A DNA stretch of 64,000 nt, taken from NCBI GenBank assembly GCA_043228905.1, contig JBHGNT010000001.1:11036001-11100000 (forward strand), given 5' to 3'. The stretch comes from Azolla caroliniana (lineage: Eukaryota > Plantae > Polypodiophyta). The notes under the pieces were generated by a model. The model made no database searches. It had not been told where the DNA came from and was given only the letters and a program-made list of their open reading frames with translations. The position numbers were made by a program, and so were the translations under genes. Of the stretch, positions 1 through 10,140 are shown in pieces (position 1 is the stretch's first letter; every line of letters starts with the position of its first letter).

Positions 1-345
1 ATGATGCAATGTGGGGGGTTGAACCTATGACCTCTTGGTCTTATTAGAAAACCTTACCAATTGAGCTACATCCATCTATGCATTATTGCATTGTATTGTA
101 AGATTCAACTTATTACATTTTAGGTTAATCACTAGAACTTTCAAGAAACTTCTAGAGAATGCATCTTCATGCACTCTCTAGATGTTTCCTAGCTTACATG
201 CATATCTCCACATTCTTGTATAAATAGTTGGGTGCACCTTGATTACAATCAAGGTGAACAACACCAGTTACGAAAGCATAATTCAGTTCTCGCCCTGTTG
301 TCTATTTCCTCTCTCTCTTTCTTGCTCTCTTGTCTATGCTCTCTC
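1..345 (+). mobile_element. Left part of an LTR (family A) interrupted by the 346-41460 element; it continues at 41466-41507
   Basis: It has an antisense tRNA-like head (11-73), an HSE (135-152), TATAAATA (219-226), a palindrome (235-256) and a CT-rich tract, the same layout as the 4906-5336 LTR. The CT-rich tract resumes after 41465 and ends ...CGTGACA at 41507. Confidence 0.6.
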
Positions 346-803
346 TGTTACGGGCATGACCATATAATATCCCATGGTGAGAATTTACCGTAGTATTATA
401 TACACGTGGATAAGTGTGAGGGTTAAACGAGAATGTAAAGAAGGGGAAGATTACTTTTAATCCTCGGGATTGAGACAACCCATTAGGCCAAGTGTGAACT
501 TGCCTAGGGGCCTTGGGTCTCGCTATAAATATGAGGCCTAGCTACCCTCATTTCATCATCATCTTTTGACAACATTGAGACTCTGTTCTTGTGGTGGGTC
601 AACTCTTGTAGCAAGCGCGCCAACACCAGGTACAACTCGACGCCACGGCAGTGGTATGGGACGCTAATTGAGGCTCAAGTCCGTCTCGATCCCTTCGCTC
701 GGGGGTGGTTGGGTGGATCATCACCCTTCTTTCTCTCTCTCCTTTCTTATTTCTTATATCTTTTATCCTTATCATATGCTTACATTAGACCATAACTCTA
801 ACA
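346..803 (+). repeat. 5' LTR of element B
   Basis: TGTTACGGGCATGACC...CATAACTCTAACA, repeated with scattered substitutions at 41004-41460. Confidence 0.9.
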
Positions 804-805
804 AT

Positions 806-817
806 TGGTATCATAGC
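806..817 (+). promoter_or_regulatory. PBS (tRNA-iMet) of element B
   Basis: TGGTATCATAGC, 2 nt after the LTR; one mismatch to TGGTATCAGAGC. Confidence 0.8.
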
Positions 818-2482
818 TCATGTTTCTAATGTTTCTTTTGTTGGTTTTTGTTTTCTTCTTGATTGATGGTGATTGATCGACGACAGTCAACCTTGATCCA
901 GATAACAATCAACAAAGGAACTTCGATAACTTTTCCTTCTTCTTCTTTTCTATTGTTTCTTCTCCCAATCTAATCATGTATAGTCAATATGTGTTTTCTT
1001 TTATTGATTCAATGATGTTGTAGTGGTAATTAATTGGTTGTATAAAACGTTTACATATGTGTATGAGGTCAATACCTCATTTGACATATATTTGATATGT
1101 GATTCGTGTCGAATGCGTACAAGGTTAATACCTCAATTGCATATTACGTTCACATACATATGTTACGTATGTGTATGAGGTCAATACCTCGATTTCTAAC
1201 TAAATGATATGTGTTTGGTGTTGTATGTGTAAGAGGTTAAAACCTCAATTGTGTATTACGATTAACCCTTATTTTTTGATGTTTCGTGTGTGTAGAGGCT
1301 ATATGCCTCGATTACATCATTGTTGGCTATTTGATATTATGATTTTTTTTAATATATGCATATGTGGTCACGTGTATACGTATTTGATCATATATATGTG
1401 ATAAATATACATATGTGTATATTAGTTATTACGTTATTTCTATATCGTATGTGTATATTCGGGGAAAGGATCTTGGTGGCCGTCCTCACATTTTTGTGTG
1501 AATGACATAGTCACCATCCTTTTTTCAACAAATTTTTTTTGTTGACATCCTCATTGGTCACTTCGATTTCGTTACGTAACGAAACGATCATAGCCACAGT
1601 GATGTTGAGAACATAGGGCTTGACCCACTTCATGTCAGGTTGCTCCTAGGACACACATATCCAACATCCCTCCCTCATTACATGGATATGATGCCACCAT
1701 GAGATCATTCTTATGAAAGGCATTCGTAATGACGTAACCATGTGATGGGCCACGTGGGCCTACTACGAAAAGAGGGCTCATTTGGCTTGAACATTAGGTT
1801 GCACTTTGGCGTATGCCATTGTAATTATGAGACTTGAGGTTAGGTAACGTACCAACATAGTTTGTGGTAAACAAAGGGAAATAAGGACTCTTGACATATA
1901 TGTTTCTTTTAAAAAAAACATATATGGGCAAATGTCTCGCATATCTCTTATACACATAAAACATTCAACATGAGCAACCTATTTGGTTAGCTTAAGTGTT
2001 TAATACATTTGTTCTTGAGGTCTCTAGTTCAAATATGACCAAGACCATACAACATTGTTGATACATATGACTATAATACATGTTTAGACTTTAGGTCTAA
2101 GTGCACTTCGGGGTCCTCCTAATAGGACTTAAAGAGCCGAAACCACATATGTGGGCACAGAAACATAGTTTATTGTTAACATTTTTTTCGTGTATAAACT
2201 ATTCATGACGCGAACATACATGGTTGAGCCTCGGGGAGCCGCCATGAAAAAATCGATATAGAGATTAGGGAAAGACATTCATTTGTCACCACCATGGTTT
2301 TTAAAACACCTTTGTGTTACCATAGTAACCTGATCTTGAACCTAATTTCATACGTCTAGAGGGGTATTGACGTGAGATCATGATATCGATTAATGTTGGC
2401 CCATGATATGTTTACATCACAACTTTATGTTATGACTATTTGTCTAACCTTATCCTATTTCTTTGCCAGAAATAATCAGTCA

Positions 2483-2992
2483 ATGGCTCAGAATAACGGC
2501 CCGATGTCATCCGCTCAAGCGAAAGGAACTCAAGGAAATCCTCTTGGACCAATGTCCGTTGAGTCATATTTTTTACAAATACAACATTTCCTTAGTTCAA
2601 CCGTGCATCAAATGTCCGAACTTCGGCAATATCAAAGTGCTCTTGAGGCACGTGTCATTAGTTTACAATGTGAGACTAATAGACCTGATGAGTGCCAAGG
2701 TGAACCATCATTTGTCGTTAAGTGTCATTAGTTTACAACGTGAGACTAATAGACCCGATGAGTGTTAGGGTGAACCATCATTTGTCGTATTTTTTACAAA
2801 TACAACATTTCCTTAGTTCAGCCGCGCATCAGATGACCAAACTTCGGCAATATCAAAGTGCTCTTGAGGCACGTGTCATTAGTTTATAACATGAGACTAA
2901 TAGACCCAATGAGTGTCAAGGTGAACCATCATTTGTCGTTAAGCCATTTACGAGAGAAAAAAAGGAAAGAACCGAAGAAGCAATCGGCACGC
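2483..2992 (+). pseudogene. gag: gag N-terminal remnant of element B with an internal tandem duplication
   Basis: MAQNNGP... coiled-coil start, duplicated blocks ~2568-2788 and ~2788-2942, then GEPSFVVKPFTREKKERTEEAIGT (P-F-x-G/R gag-like). Cut by an LTR end at 2993. Confidence 0.5.
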
Positions 2993-3575
2993 TGTCGTAA
3001 AGTTTCGTGTGCGTGTCACTTGAACGGGACTGTCGGGGCCTTGGACCGGGGAGACAAAAGTAGTGAGGAACTGGGAGATTAAGACAAAGACATGGGGAAA
3101 TATACATAAGTTTTGATATAATATAGGGTTTTTGTTTTTATTTATTTTCAATTGTTAGGCTTGACACCACGATTTCGGTGGTTATTACAATAATCGGTTA
3201 TAAAACAACCAAAGGGGCTAAAATAAACCGGCGAAGGCGAGTCTAGGGCTCCGAGTCTGACTACTTCATATGGCTATGTTGCCTCGATTCGGAGTAGCTC
3301 TTGTGCCACTACAACCTCCCTTACGCCATCGACTACTAAGTTGACTACCATCGAGATGCCAAAGAAGTTCCTGTATAAGGAATCCAAGCCCTAAAATATC
3401 TCAAATAAGAAGCATAATAGAGGCAAAACTCTCAAACCCTAAAATCTTAACTCCTCTAGTATGTTGAGGAGAAAAGAAGAAGTTCTCAAACACTAACCCT
3501 AGAAGGAAAAGATGAAAGAGAATGGGAGGCTACCAAACCCTAACCCAAGAAGGAAAAGATGAAAGAGAAAGGGAT
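2993..3575 (-). repeat. Inverted R-U5 LTR fragment (family C)
   Basis: Reverse complement of 3636-4304; ends ...CGACA on the minus strand at 2993. Confidence 0.7.
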
Positions 3576-5347
3576 AAGGAGAAAGGGGTCGCCCATTTTG
3601 CCGTAGGGGTGTACCACTAGGGTTTCATCTTCTTCTTCTTGGGTTAGGGTTTGGTAGCCTCTCTTTCTCCTTATCACCTTCTCTTTCATCTTTTCCTTCT
3701 AGGGTTAGGGTTTGAGAGTTTCTTTCTACTTTTCTTGTTTTCTTGTCAACATATTAGAGGACTTAGGATTTTAAGGTTTGTGAGTTTTGCCTCTATTATA
3801 TTTCTTACTCAAGAGATTTTAGGGTTTGGGTTCCGTATCATCAACTTCTTCGGCATCTCCGTGGTAGCCACTCGGTGGCTGGTTGCGGAAGGGAGGTTGT
3901 AGTGGCACGAGGGCTACTCCGAATCGAGGCAACATAGCCATGGGAAGTAGTCGAGCTCGGAGCCCACTAGACTACCTTTGCTAGATTATTTTAGCCTTTG
4001 ATTATTTGATAACCGATCGTCGTAAAAACCACCAAAATCGTGGTGTCAAGAGAAGCAATTCTAAAGAAAAAAAAAACTCGTTTTGATTCATAGCCGTTTT
4101 TTATTAATCCTGAAATTGATTCTATGTAAGAAAGAAAACCACCGAAATCATGGTATTAAACCTAACTGTTGTTGAAAGCCTATTTCATATCAAACTTATG
4201 TATATTTCCCCATGTCTTTATCTTAATCTCCCACTTCCTCACTACTTTTGTCTCGCCAATCCAAGGCTTCGGCAGTCCCGTCCGAGCGACACACGCATGC
4301 GAAAGAGTGATAGGGGAGGACATTGGTGAACCCGACGTGAAAGAGTGGTAGGGGAGGACTGACATAGATGAAGAAAATTTCATGGAGATCATGTCAAAGA
4401 CGATGGTGGATTTCACGAGGGCAAGGCGCAACGTAGAATAAAAAATACAAAAAAAACAAAGGTTGACAACCTTTGGCCCTAACACATCACTTTTTTCTTT
4501 GGCACATGCCAGAGGATGTGCAGTTTGGTGGGGGTGGATGTCGTGGTGTGGCGTGTGCAATGTGAGAAAAAACGAGGTTCCACACACATCTCATGAAATA
4601 ATGTATAATAATAATAATAATAAGTAACTTGTAGTAGCTTAGTGGTTACGACTTATAAGTATATGTAGAGAGGTGTAGAGTTTGAGTCTCTCTTCGTACA
4701 AATCAAGGAGTATTTTGCTCCCCTTCCATTTTTGTGATAAAGGAAATAAAATAAAAAAAGCATGTAATGTTAAAATAAGCTCCTCTTTGCTCTATAAGAG
4801 AGGAGGGATAGGGCTTATTTGGGGTTCGCCCATTTTGTCTTCTAGGGGTGTACCACTAGGGTTTCATCTTTTACTCCTCTTCTTCTTGGGTTAGGGTATG
4901 GTAGCTGTCAGGAATAGTACTAAAACAGAGATGGAATTAGTACTAAGAACAGCAGTACTATTAGTACTAAGAGGACGGGACTGCGTAAGATTCCCGAGAG
5001 AGGAAGTGAGAAGAGGAGAGAGAGAGAGATAGCGAGAATGAGAGAGATGATGACAGCAGCTATATATTATGTGAAAAGATAAGTACAAGCGGCTAAGAGG
5101 CTTAAGACTGGCGTTGAACCAATTTGGTTCAAAACAATGCCTTGTGCCTCCTTTTATAGTGTTTTTAGGAATAATCTTGAAGCTTCTAGAATGTTCCAGA
5201 GAGATCTGGAATATACATCAATTTTCTATGATAAAGTATAAATGAAAATAATATCCTACAAAATACAATTCCTAATCTAATGGTAAGAGCTCGACCCATG
5301 TAGCATAAAGTCATGGGTTCGAGTCTTGCCATGACACTATCTCCCCC

Positions 5348-8300
5348 TTAAAGACGACGAGTGGAACGAGTCGGCGCTAACTGCGGACCGGGTTTGTCCG
5401 GATACTTTCGGTGGAAATCAGCAAGAAGATCTTGTGCATTGGCAACATTCTCGACGGGTTCCCAAGTATGTTCGCTCGGACTATAACCGAGCCAATCGAC
5501 CAAGTAATAAAGTTTGTTGCGAACAAGTTTGGAATCGAGGATGGCAGCAACTTCATACTCCGGGCCGTCGTCCAACTCCAACGGGGGCGGCGGTGGTGTC
5601 ACACGATCGGGAATGGTGTTTGCTTTATAAGGTTCAAGAAGAGAACAATGGAAAACCGGATGTATCTGAAACTGCGGAGGGAGATCCAGGCGGAAGGTGA
5701 CATCATTAATCTTCCCCGTAATACGGAAAGGACCGAGTCGTCGATAATCCAACTTGTCGCACGGTCGAGTAGTCTTGATGTGACGACGTAAGAGCCATAC
5801 TCGATCTCCGATGGCAAAAGAGGAGGGAATCCGATGACGATCCGCATAAGTCTTCTGTGTGTGTTGAGCATGACGAAGGTGAGTAGAGAGATCCATCTGG
5901 ATCTTGCGTAGCCTCTCCAAATGGTCCTCGGCACGAGGGTTGGTAGGTAGCTCCGGAGTGTCGATCACCGACCAGCGAGGATGGAAACCGGTATAAGCGA
6001 GAAATGGGGAGACCCGAGTCGAGGAGTGAATAGCATTATTATACGCAAACTCCGCAAAGTGGAGAATCTCGGCCCAATCGTCCTGTTGATAACTCAGGAA
6101 ACACCGGAGATATTGCTCCAACGTTTGATTTGTTCGTTCCGCCTGTCCGTCAGTTTGAGGATGGTAGCCGGAGGAGAGGTTGCAGGAGACCTTGAGCATC
6201 CTGAAGAGATGCTGCCAAAATTTGGAGACAAATTGCGGGCCTCGGTCACTGATAATACTGTCTGGTAGGCCATGATGCCGAAATACCTCACGCATAACAA
6301 GAGTGGCGGTTTCCTCGCTAGTGATGGCTTTAGTACATGGCACAAAATGTGCCATCTTCGTATATCGATCGACGACGGTTAGGATAGCATCGAACCCCTT
6401 CGAGACCGGCAGATCTGTAATAAAATCAAGACAAATAGACTGCCATGGCTTACTTGGAATTGGTAAAGGTTCCAACAAGCCATATGGATGGTGTCGTGGC
6501 ATCTTTGCTCGGCAGCAAGCATCACAGGTCCGAACATAGTCGTCGACAAAACGGCGCATGTGGGGCCACCAAAAAGATCGCTGCACTAACTCCAACGTCT
6601 TGGTACTACCGAAATGTCCCGCCCTATGGGTGTCGTGACAATGTTGGACGATTTGAAGGCGACCGGAGCAATCGGGGACATATACGCGCTTTTTAAAGAA
6701 TAACAAACCATCATGATATTCGAATTGTCGGTAGTCAATACCTGGTTGTTGAGACTGAGAACAGGATGCCCGAGAAGTATCAATGTGCGCCAGGATGTCT
6801 TGAGCAAAACTATCCGTCTTCAAGGTTGCACGTATGTCATCGATAATCCGTGAATCCATCGGGGTGTGAAAAATCCGCGTCGTGTGCAATCGTGTTGGTC
6901 CCAAGATTACTTGCTTTTGATTATCAAATGTTGCGTCACCAGGACGAGGTGCAAGATATGAACGCCGTGATAGTGCATCTGCTTTTCCTTGCTGCTTCCC
7001 CGGTCGATATGTGATTTCGAAGTTGAAACGCGTGAGGAATTGCGCCCACCAAGCTTGCCGTCGATTTAGTACACGAGCGTTCTGAAAATAAGCAAGATTT
7101 TTATGATCGCTAAAGACAATGACCTGATGTGGAGAGCCCTCTAAGAAATGCCGCCATTGTACAAATGAATCCACGATGGCTAATAACTCCTTGTCATGTA
7201 TTTCGTAGTTGATTTCTGCGACATTGAATTTGCGCGAATGGAAAGCCACCGGATGCAACTCTTCTTTATCGCCTTGTTGAGAAAGGATGCTACCGAGGGC
7301 GAAATCTGATGCGTCGGCCTCCATGATGAATGGTTTGCTTGTATCCACATGAGCTAGAATCGGTGCTGATGTAAAGGCTTTCTTAAGATGCCGAAAAGCC
7401 ATATCTGCTTCGATGGACCAAAGAAATGCTTGGCCCTTCTTCGTAAGTTGTGTGAGAGGTAAAATAATCTTTGAGTAATCCTGTATAAACTTACGGTAGA
7501 AGTTAGCAAAGCCTAGAAAACATTGTACATCTCGTACCGACCGTGGAATTTGCCAATCTAGTACAGTTTGGATTTTAGCTGGATCCATGGCGATGCCCTT
7601 TGAGGAGATGACGTAGCCTAGAAATTCCACTTGCTTGCAGTCAAAGCTACATTTCTCTAGCTTGGCATAAAGACCATTCTCGCGGAGTCGCTTTAGTACT
7701 AATAGTACATGAGAATCGTGCTCTTCCTGGGTCTTCGAATAAATCAACAGATCATCCAGATAAATGATCAAACAGATATCCAAGAGGTCTCTGAATATAT
7801 CATTTGCCATGTGTTGGAAGACTGCGGGTGCATTGGTTAGGCCAAACGGCATAACAGTATACTCGAAATGCCCATACCGCGTGCGAAAAGCGGTCTTCCA
7901 CTCATCTCCCGGTCGGATCCGCACGAGATTATACGCTCCTCGTAGGTCGATTTTAGTAAAAAACTTGGCACCATTAACTCGCTCTAAAAGACTTGATATA
8001 AGAGGAAGTGCATACCTATTCCGGATGGTGACTTTATTCAATCCGCGGTAATCAACGACAAGACGAAGTGAGCCATCTTTCTTCTTGACAAAGAAGATGG
8101 GTGCACCGGCCGGAGATTTCGAATGACGGATGAACCCGCTTGCCAAGTTCTCCTCTATGTAGGCTCGAAGGACTTCTAACTCGGTGGGTGACAAGTTGTA
8201 AATTGGTCCCCATGGTGGCTCGGTTCCTGGTTGTAAATCGATGGGACAGTCATAGGGACGGTGATGAGGAAGGGTACCGGCTTTTACCTTGTCAAATACA

Positions 8301-8920
8301 TCGGCATAAGGATGATATTTTGCCGGAAGTTGTATTGAGGAGTCCTTCTTAATAGTGCTAGAAGGATGTACTGATATGGCAAATAGGAACATTGCCTCCT
8401 TGGGTCCTTCTTCGCGTAGTTGATGGAGTGAAATGGTCGAAATTCGGTGAGTTGATTCTTGGGGTGGTCGATATCGGACTTCTCTTGTTCTCCAATCTAT
8501 GGCTGGATTATGTAATTCAAGCCAAGGTAATCCTAGGACAATGGGATGCTCTGGACTACTAATTATATTAAATGATATTATACACACAAAACTACCTAGG
8601 ACAACTTGAATGGGTTCTGATTCTTCTACAATATTCCCGGAAGCAATGGGACGACCATCAATGACCACTACAGATGCGGGACAAGGAAGTTTTCTTAAGG
8701 ATATCTGAGAAGCTTGGGCAAAATTTCGATCCATGAAACAGGAATTAGCTCCGGAATCTAAAAGTGCTAGGACGGGTACTGGGGGAGTACTTTTAGTACT
8801 AACAATGACTTGGGCTAGGAACACATTGCTAACTTGCTTGGAAGGAATGGAACCACTAATGGGCTGTACAGATCTAGGGCTGCTGTCCAACCAAATGGCT
8901 CCTATTTTGGCTGGACTCAA
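5348..8920 (-). CDS. pol: Pol (protease, RT, RNase H, integrase, chromodomain), probably expressed by -1 frameshift
   Basis: LLDSGA protease, YLDD RT, EADAS/SDHKNL RNase H, HHCC plus DRG..QTDGQAER integrase, GPF, and YEVAAIL..YLVDWLGY..TWEP chromodomain. Confidence 0.97.
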   Translation of the reverse strand: MSPAKIGAIWLDSSPRSVQPISGSIPSKQVSNVFLAQVIVSTKSTPPVPVLALLDSGANSCFMDRNFAQASQISLRKLPCPASVVVIDGRPIASGNIVEESEPIQVVLGSFVCIISFNIISSPEHPIVLGLPWLELHNPAIDWRTREVRYRPPQESTHRISTISLHQLREEGPKEAMFLFAISVHPSSTIKKDSSIQLPAKYHPYADVFDKVKAGTLPHHRPYDCPIDLQPGTEPPWGPIYNLSPTELEVLRAYIEENLASGFIRHSKSPAGAPIFFVKKKDGSLRLVVDYRGLNKVTIRNRYALPLISSLLERVNGAKFFTKIDLRGAYNLVRIRPGDEWKTAFRTRYGHFEYTVMPFGLTNAPAVFQHMANDIFRDLLDICLIIYLDDLLIYSKTQEEHDSHVLLVLKRLRENGLYAKLEKCSFDCKQVEFLGYVISSKGIAMDPAKIQTVLDWQIPRSVRDVQCFLGFANFYRKFIQDYSKIILPLTQLTKKGQAFLWSIEADMAFRHLKKAFTSAPILAHVDTSKPFIMEADASDFALGSILSQQGDKEELHPVAFHSRKFNVAEINYEIHDKELLAIVDSFVQWRHFLEGSPHQVIVFSDHKNLAYFQNARVLNRRQAWWAQFLTRFNFEITYRPGKQQGKADALSRRSYLAPRPGDATFDNQKQVILGPTRLHTTRIFHTPMDSRIIDDIRATLKTDSFAQDILAHIDTSRASCSQSQQPGIDYRQFEYHDGLLFFKKRVYVPDCSGRLQIVQHCHDTHRAGHFGSTKTLELVQRSFWWPHMRRFVDDYVRTCDACCRAKMPRHHPYGLLEPLPIPSKPWQSICLDFITDLPVSKGFDAILTVVDRYTKMAHFVPCTKAITSEETATLVMREVFRHHGLPDSIISDRGPQFVSKFWQHLFRMLKVSCNLSSGYHPQTDGQAERTNQTLEQYLRCFLSYQQDDWAEILHFAEFAYNNAIHSSTRVSPFLAYTGFHPRWSVIDTPELPTNPRAEDHLERLRKIQMDLSTHLRHAQHTQKTYADRHRIPSSFAIGDRVWLLRRHIKTTRPCDKLDYRRLGPFRITGKINDVTFRLDLPPQFQIHPVFHCSLLEPYKANTIPDRVTPPPPPLELDDGPEYEVAAILDSKLVRNKLYYLVDWLGYSPSEHTWEPVENVANAQDLLADFHRKYPDKPGPQLAPTRSTRRL

Positions 8921-8929
8921 TCGTTTAAC
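8875..8929 (-). promoter_or_regulatory. Putative -1 ribosomal frameshift signal
   Basis: G_UUA_AAC in the gag frame (8929-8923), a 6-nt spacer, then an 11-bp stem (8916-8906 with 8895-8885). The -1 frame is pol. Confidence 0.75.
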
Positions 8930-10074
8930 TCTTCATCTAATTGACTAAGGATTTCAAATTTATTTGAGATACTTGGGCTATTAGTACTACGACTACTATC
9001 TGACACTCTATTAGTACTATTAATACTATCAGACACTCCAAAGGGAAGAATTGACTCAGGTTTAGTACATGCGACGATTTGATTTACCTGTCTTCTTGGC
9101 CTATGGGGACAATTGATGGCGATATGTCCTGGTCCACCGCAATAAAGACATAATCGATTGGCACGTCGTCGTTGCTTTTCTTCTTCCGATAACGGGCCGC
9201 GTCGACGCATGGTATCGATCTCCATCGGTGTCGAAGTATTTGCTTGAGGTGTGTCTCGTGCAAACGGTTTAGCCGCGACTGCGGCGTAAGTGGACTCTGG
9301 CCTAGAGCGTGGTATCTGTAATTGACGTTCTGAACGCCGTTCAAAAAGGCGGTTGTCACATCGAACTGCTCGACTGATTGCCTCCGTAAGAGACTTTGGT
9401 TCTTCGGGGAAAGTTAGAAGTAGATCTTTGACATCGTTTCGCAAGCCATAGCGAAACTGCTCCATTAGTGCTTGATCATCCCAGGGTATATCTGAAGCAA
9501 GTAGGCGGAAATCCGCCGCGTAGGCAGAGGCTGGACGATCGCCTTGACGCAATCGCCGGATCTTGTTGATCGCCGTCCTGATGCTGTCGGTGTCTCCAAA
9601 GCAGGCTTTAAACTCACCAATAAAATCTTCAAAGTTATTAAGTAAGGGTGATTGTTTTTCTAGAAGCGGAGCAAACCATGCCAAGGCTGAGCCGCTAAGT
9701 AGCGTGCCTATTAGGCCGACTCGAGATGCATCAGTGGGATATCGGGAAGGATGCATCTGGATGACTAAGTGTACCTGATTAAGGAATCCCCGGAATTGCG
9801 AACGCGTTCCATCAAATTTCACAGGAAGTCCAATCTTGGGCTCTTTATGAAATCCTTGGGGACTGGATCCTTGTTGTTGCAACGCTGCTTCGAGTTGTTG
9901 TACCCGTAACGCTAACTCCCCATGTTGTTGTTGCGTTTGTTGTTTTTCTAGAGCGATTTGTTGCAGATCCCCTATCAGCCGTTGGTTTTCTTGTTCCAGG
10001 GCAACAAACTTTTCTTTTAGGCACTGTAGCTCGGAGAAAACGGATTGGTATTCTTGGACGCTAACAGTAGCCAT
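8917..10074 (-). CDS. gag: Gag with coiled coil and CCHC knuckle
   Basis: 385 aa with PVKFDG, LRQG, F.YGL, PMEID and CLYCGGPGHIAINC. Confidence 0.95.
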   Translation of the reverse strand: MATVSVQEYQSVFSELQCLKEKFVALEQENQRLIGDLQQIALEKQQTQQQHGELALRVQQLEAALQQQGSSPQGFHKEPKIGLPVKFDGTRSQFRGFLNQVHLVIQMHPSRYPTDASRVGLIGTLLSGSALAWFAPLLEKQSPLLNNFEDFIGEFKACFGDTDSIRTAINKIRRLRQGDRPASAYAADFRLLASDIPWDDQALMEQFRYGLRNDVKDLLLTFPEEPKSLTEAISRAVRCDNRLFERRSERQLQIPRSRPESTYAAVAAKPFARDTPQANTSTPMEIDTMRRRGPLSEEEKQRRRANRLCLYCGGPGHIAINCPHRPRRQVNQIVACTKPESILPFGVSDSINSTNRVSDSSRSTNSPSISNKFEILSQLDEELND

Positions 10075-10128
10075 AGTATAGGGAAAAGGGTAGGAGGATG
10101 AGGGAGAGTGGCAAGTAGGCTAGAGGAA

Positions 10129-10140
10129 AAATTGGTTCAA
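10129..10140 (-). promoter_or_regulatory. Self-priming PBS of element D
   Basis: UUGAACCAAUUU just inside the 5' LTR, complementary to LTR 10362-10351. No TGG tRNA-type PBS is present. Confidence 0.75.

Noticed and set aside
11-73. Functional tRNA gene (also 4635-4688, 5273-5325 and a weak one at ~1985-2040)
   Set aside because: A/B boxes are present but I could not fold complete acceptor and anticodon stems; three of the four lie inside LTRs.
2993-4304. Foldback or Mutator DNA transposon with long TIRs
   Set aside because: There is no TSD, and the arms are LTR sequence, one followed by a PBS.
4891-5088. Duplicated small gene (also 10137-10325; similarly 31692/36992 and 12912/27036)
   Set aside because: These ORFs lie within LTR copies and microsatellites.
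5411-9778. Plus-strand ORFs opposite gag/pol (likewise within 15243-24408 and 32426-36607)
   Set aside because: These are antisense shadows of TE coding frames.
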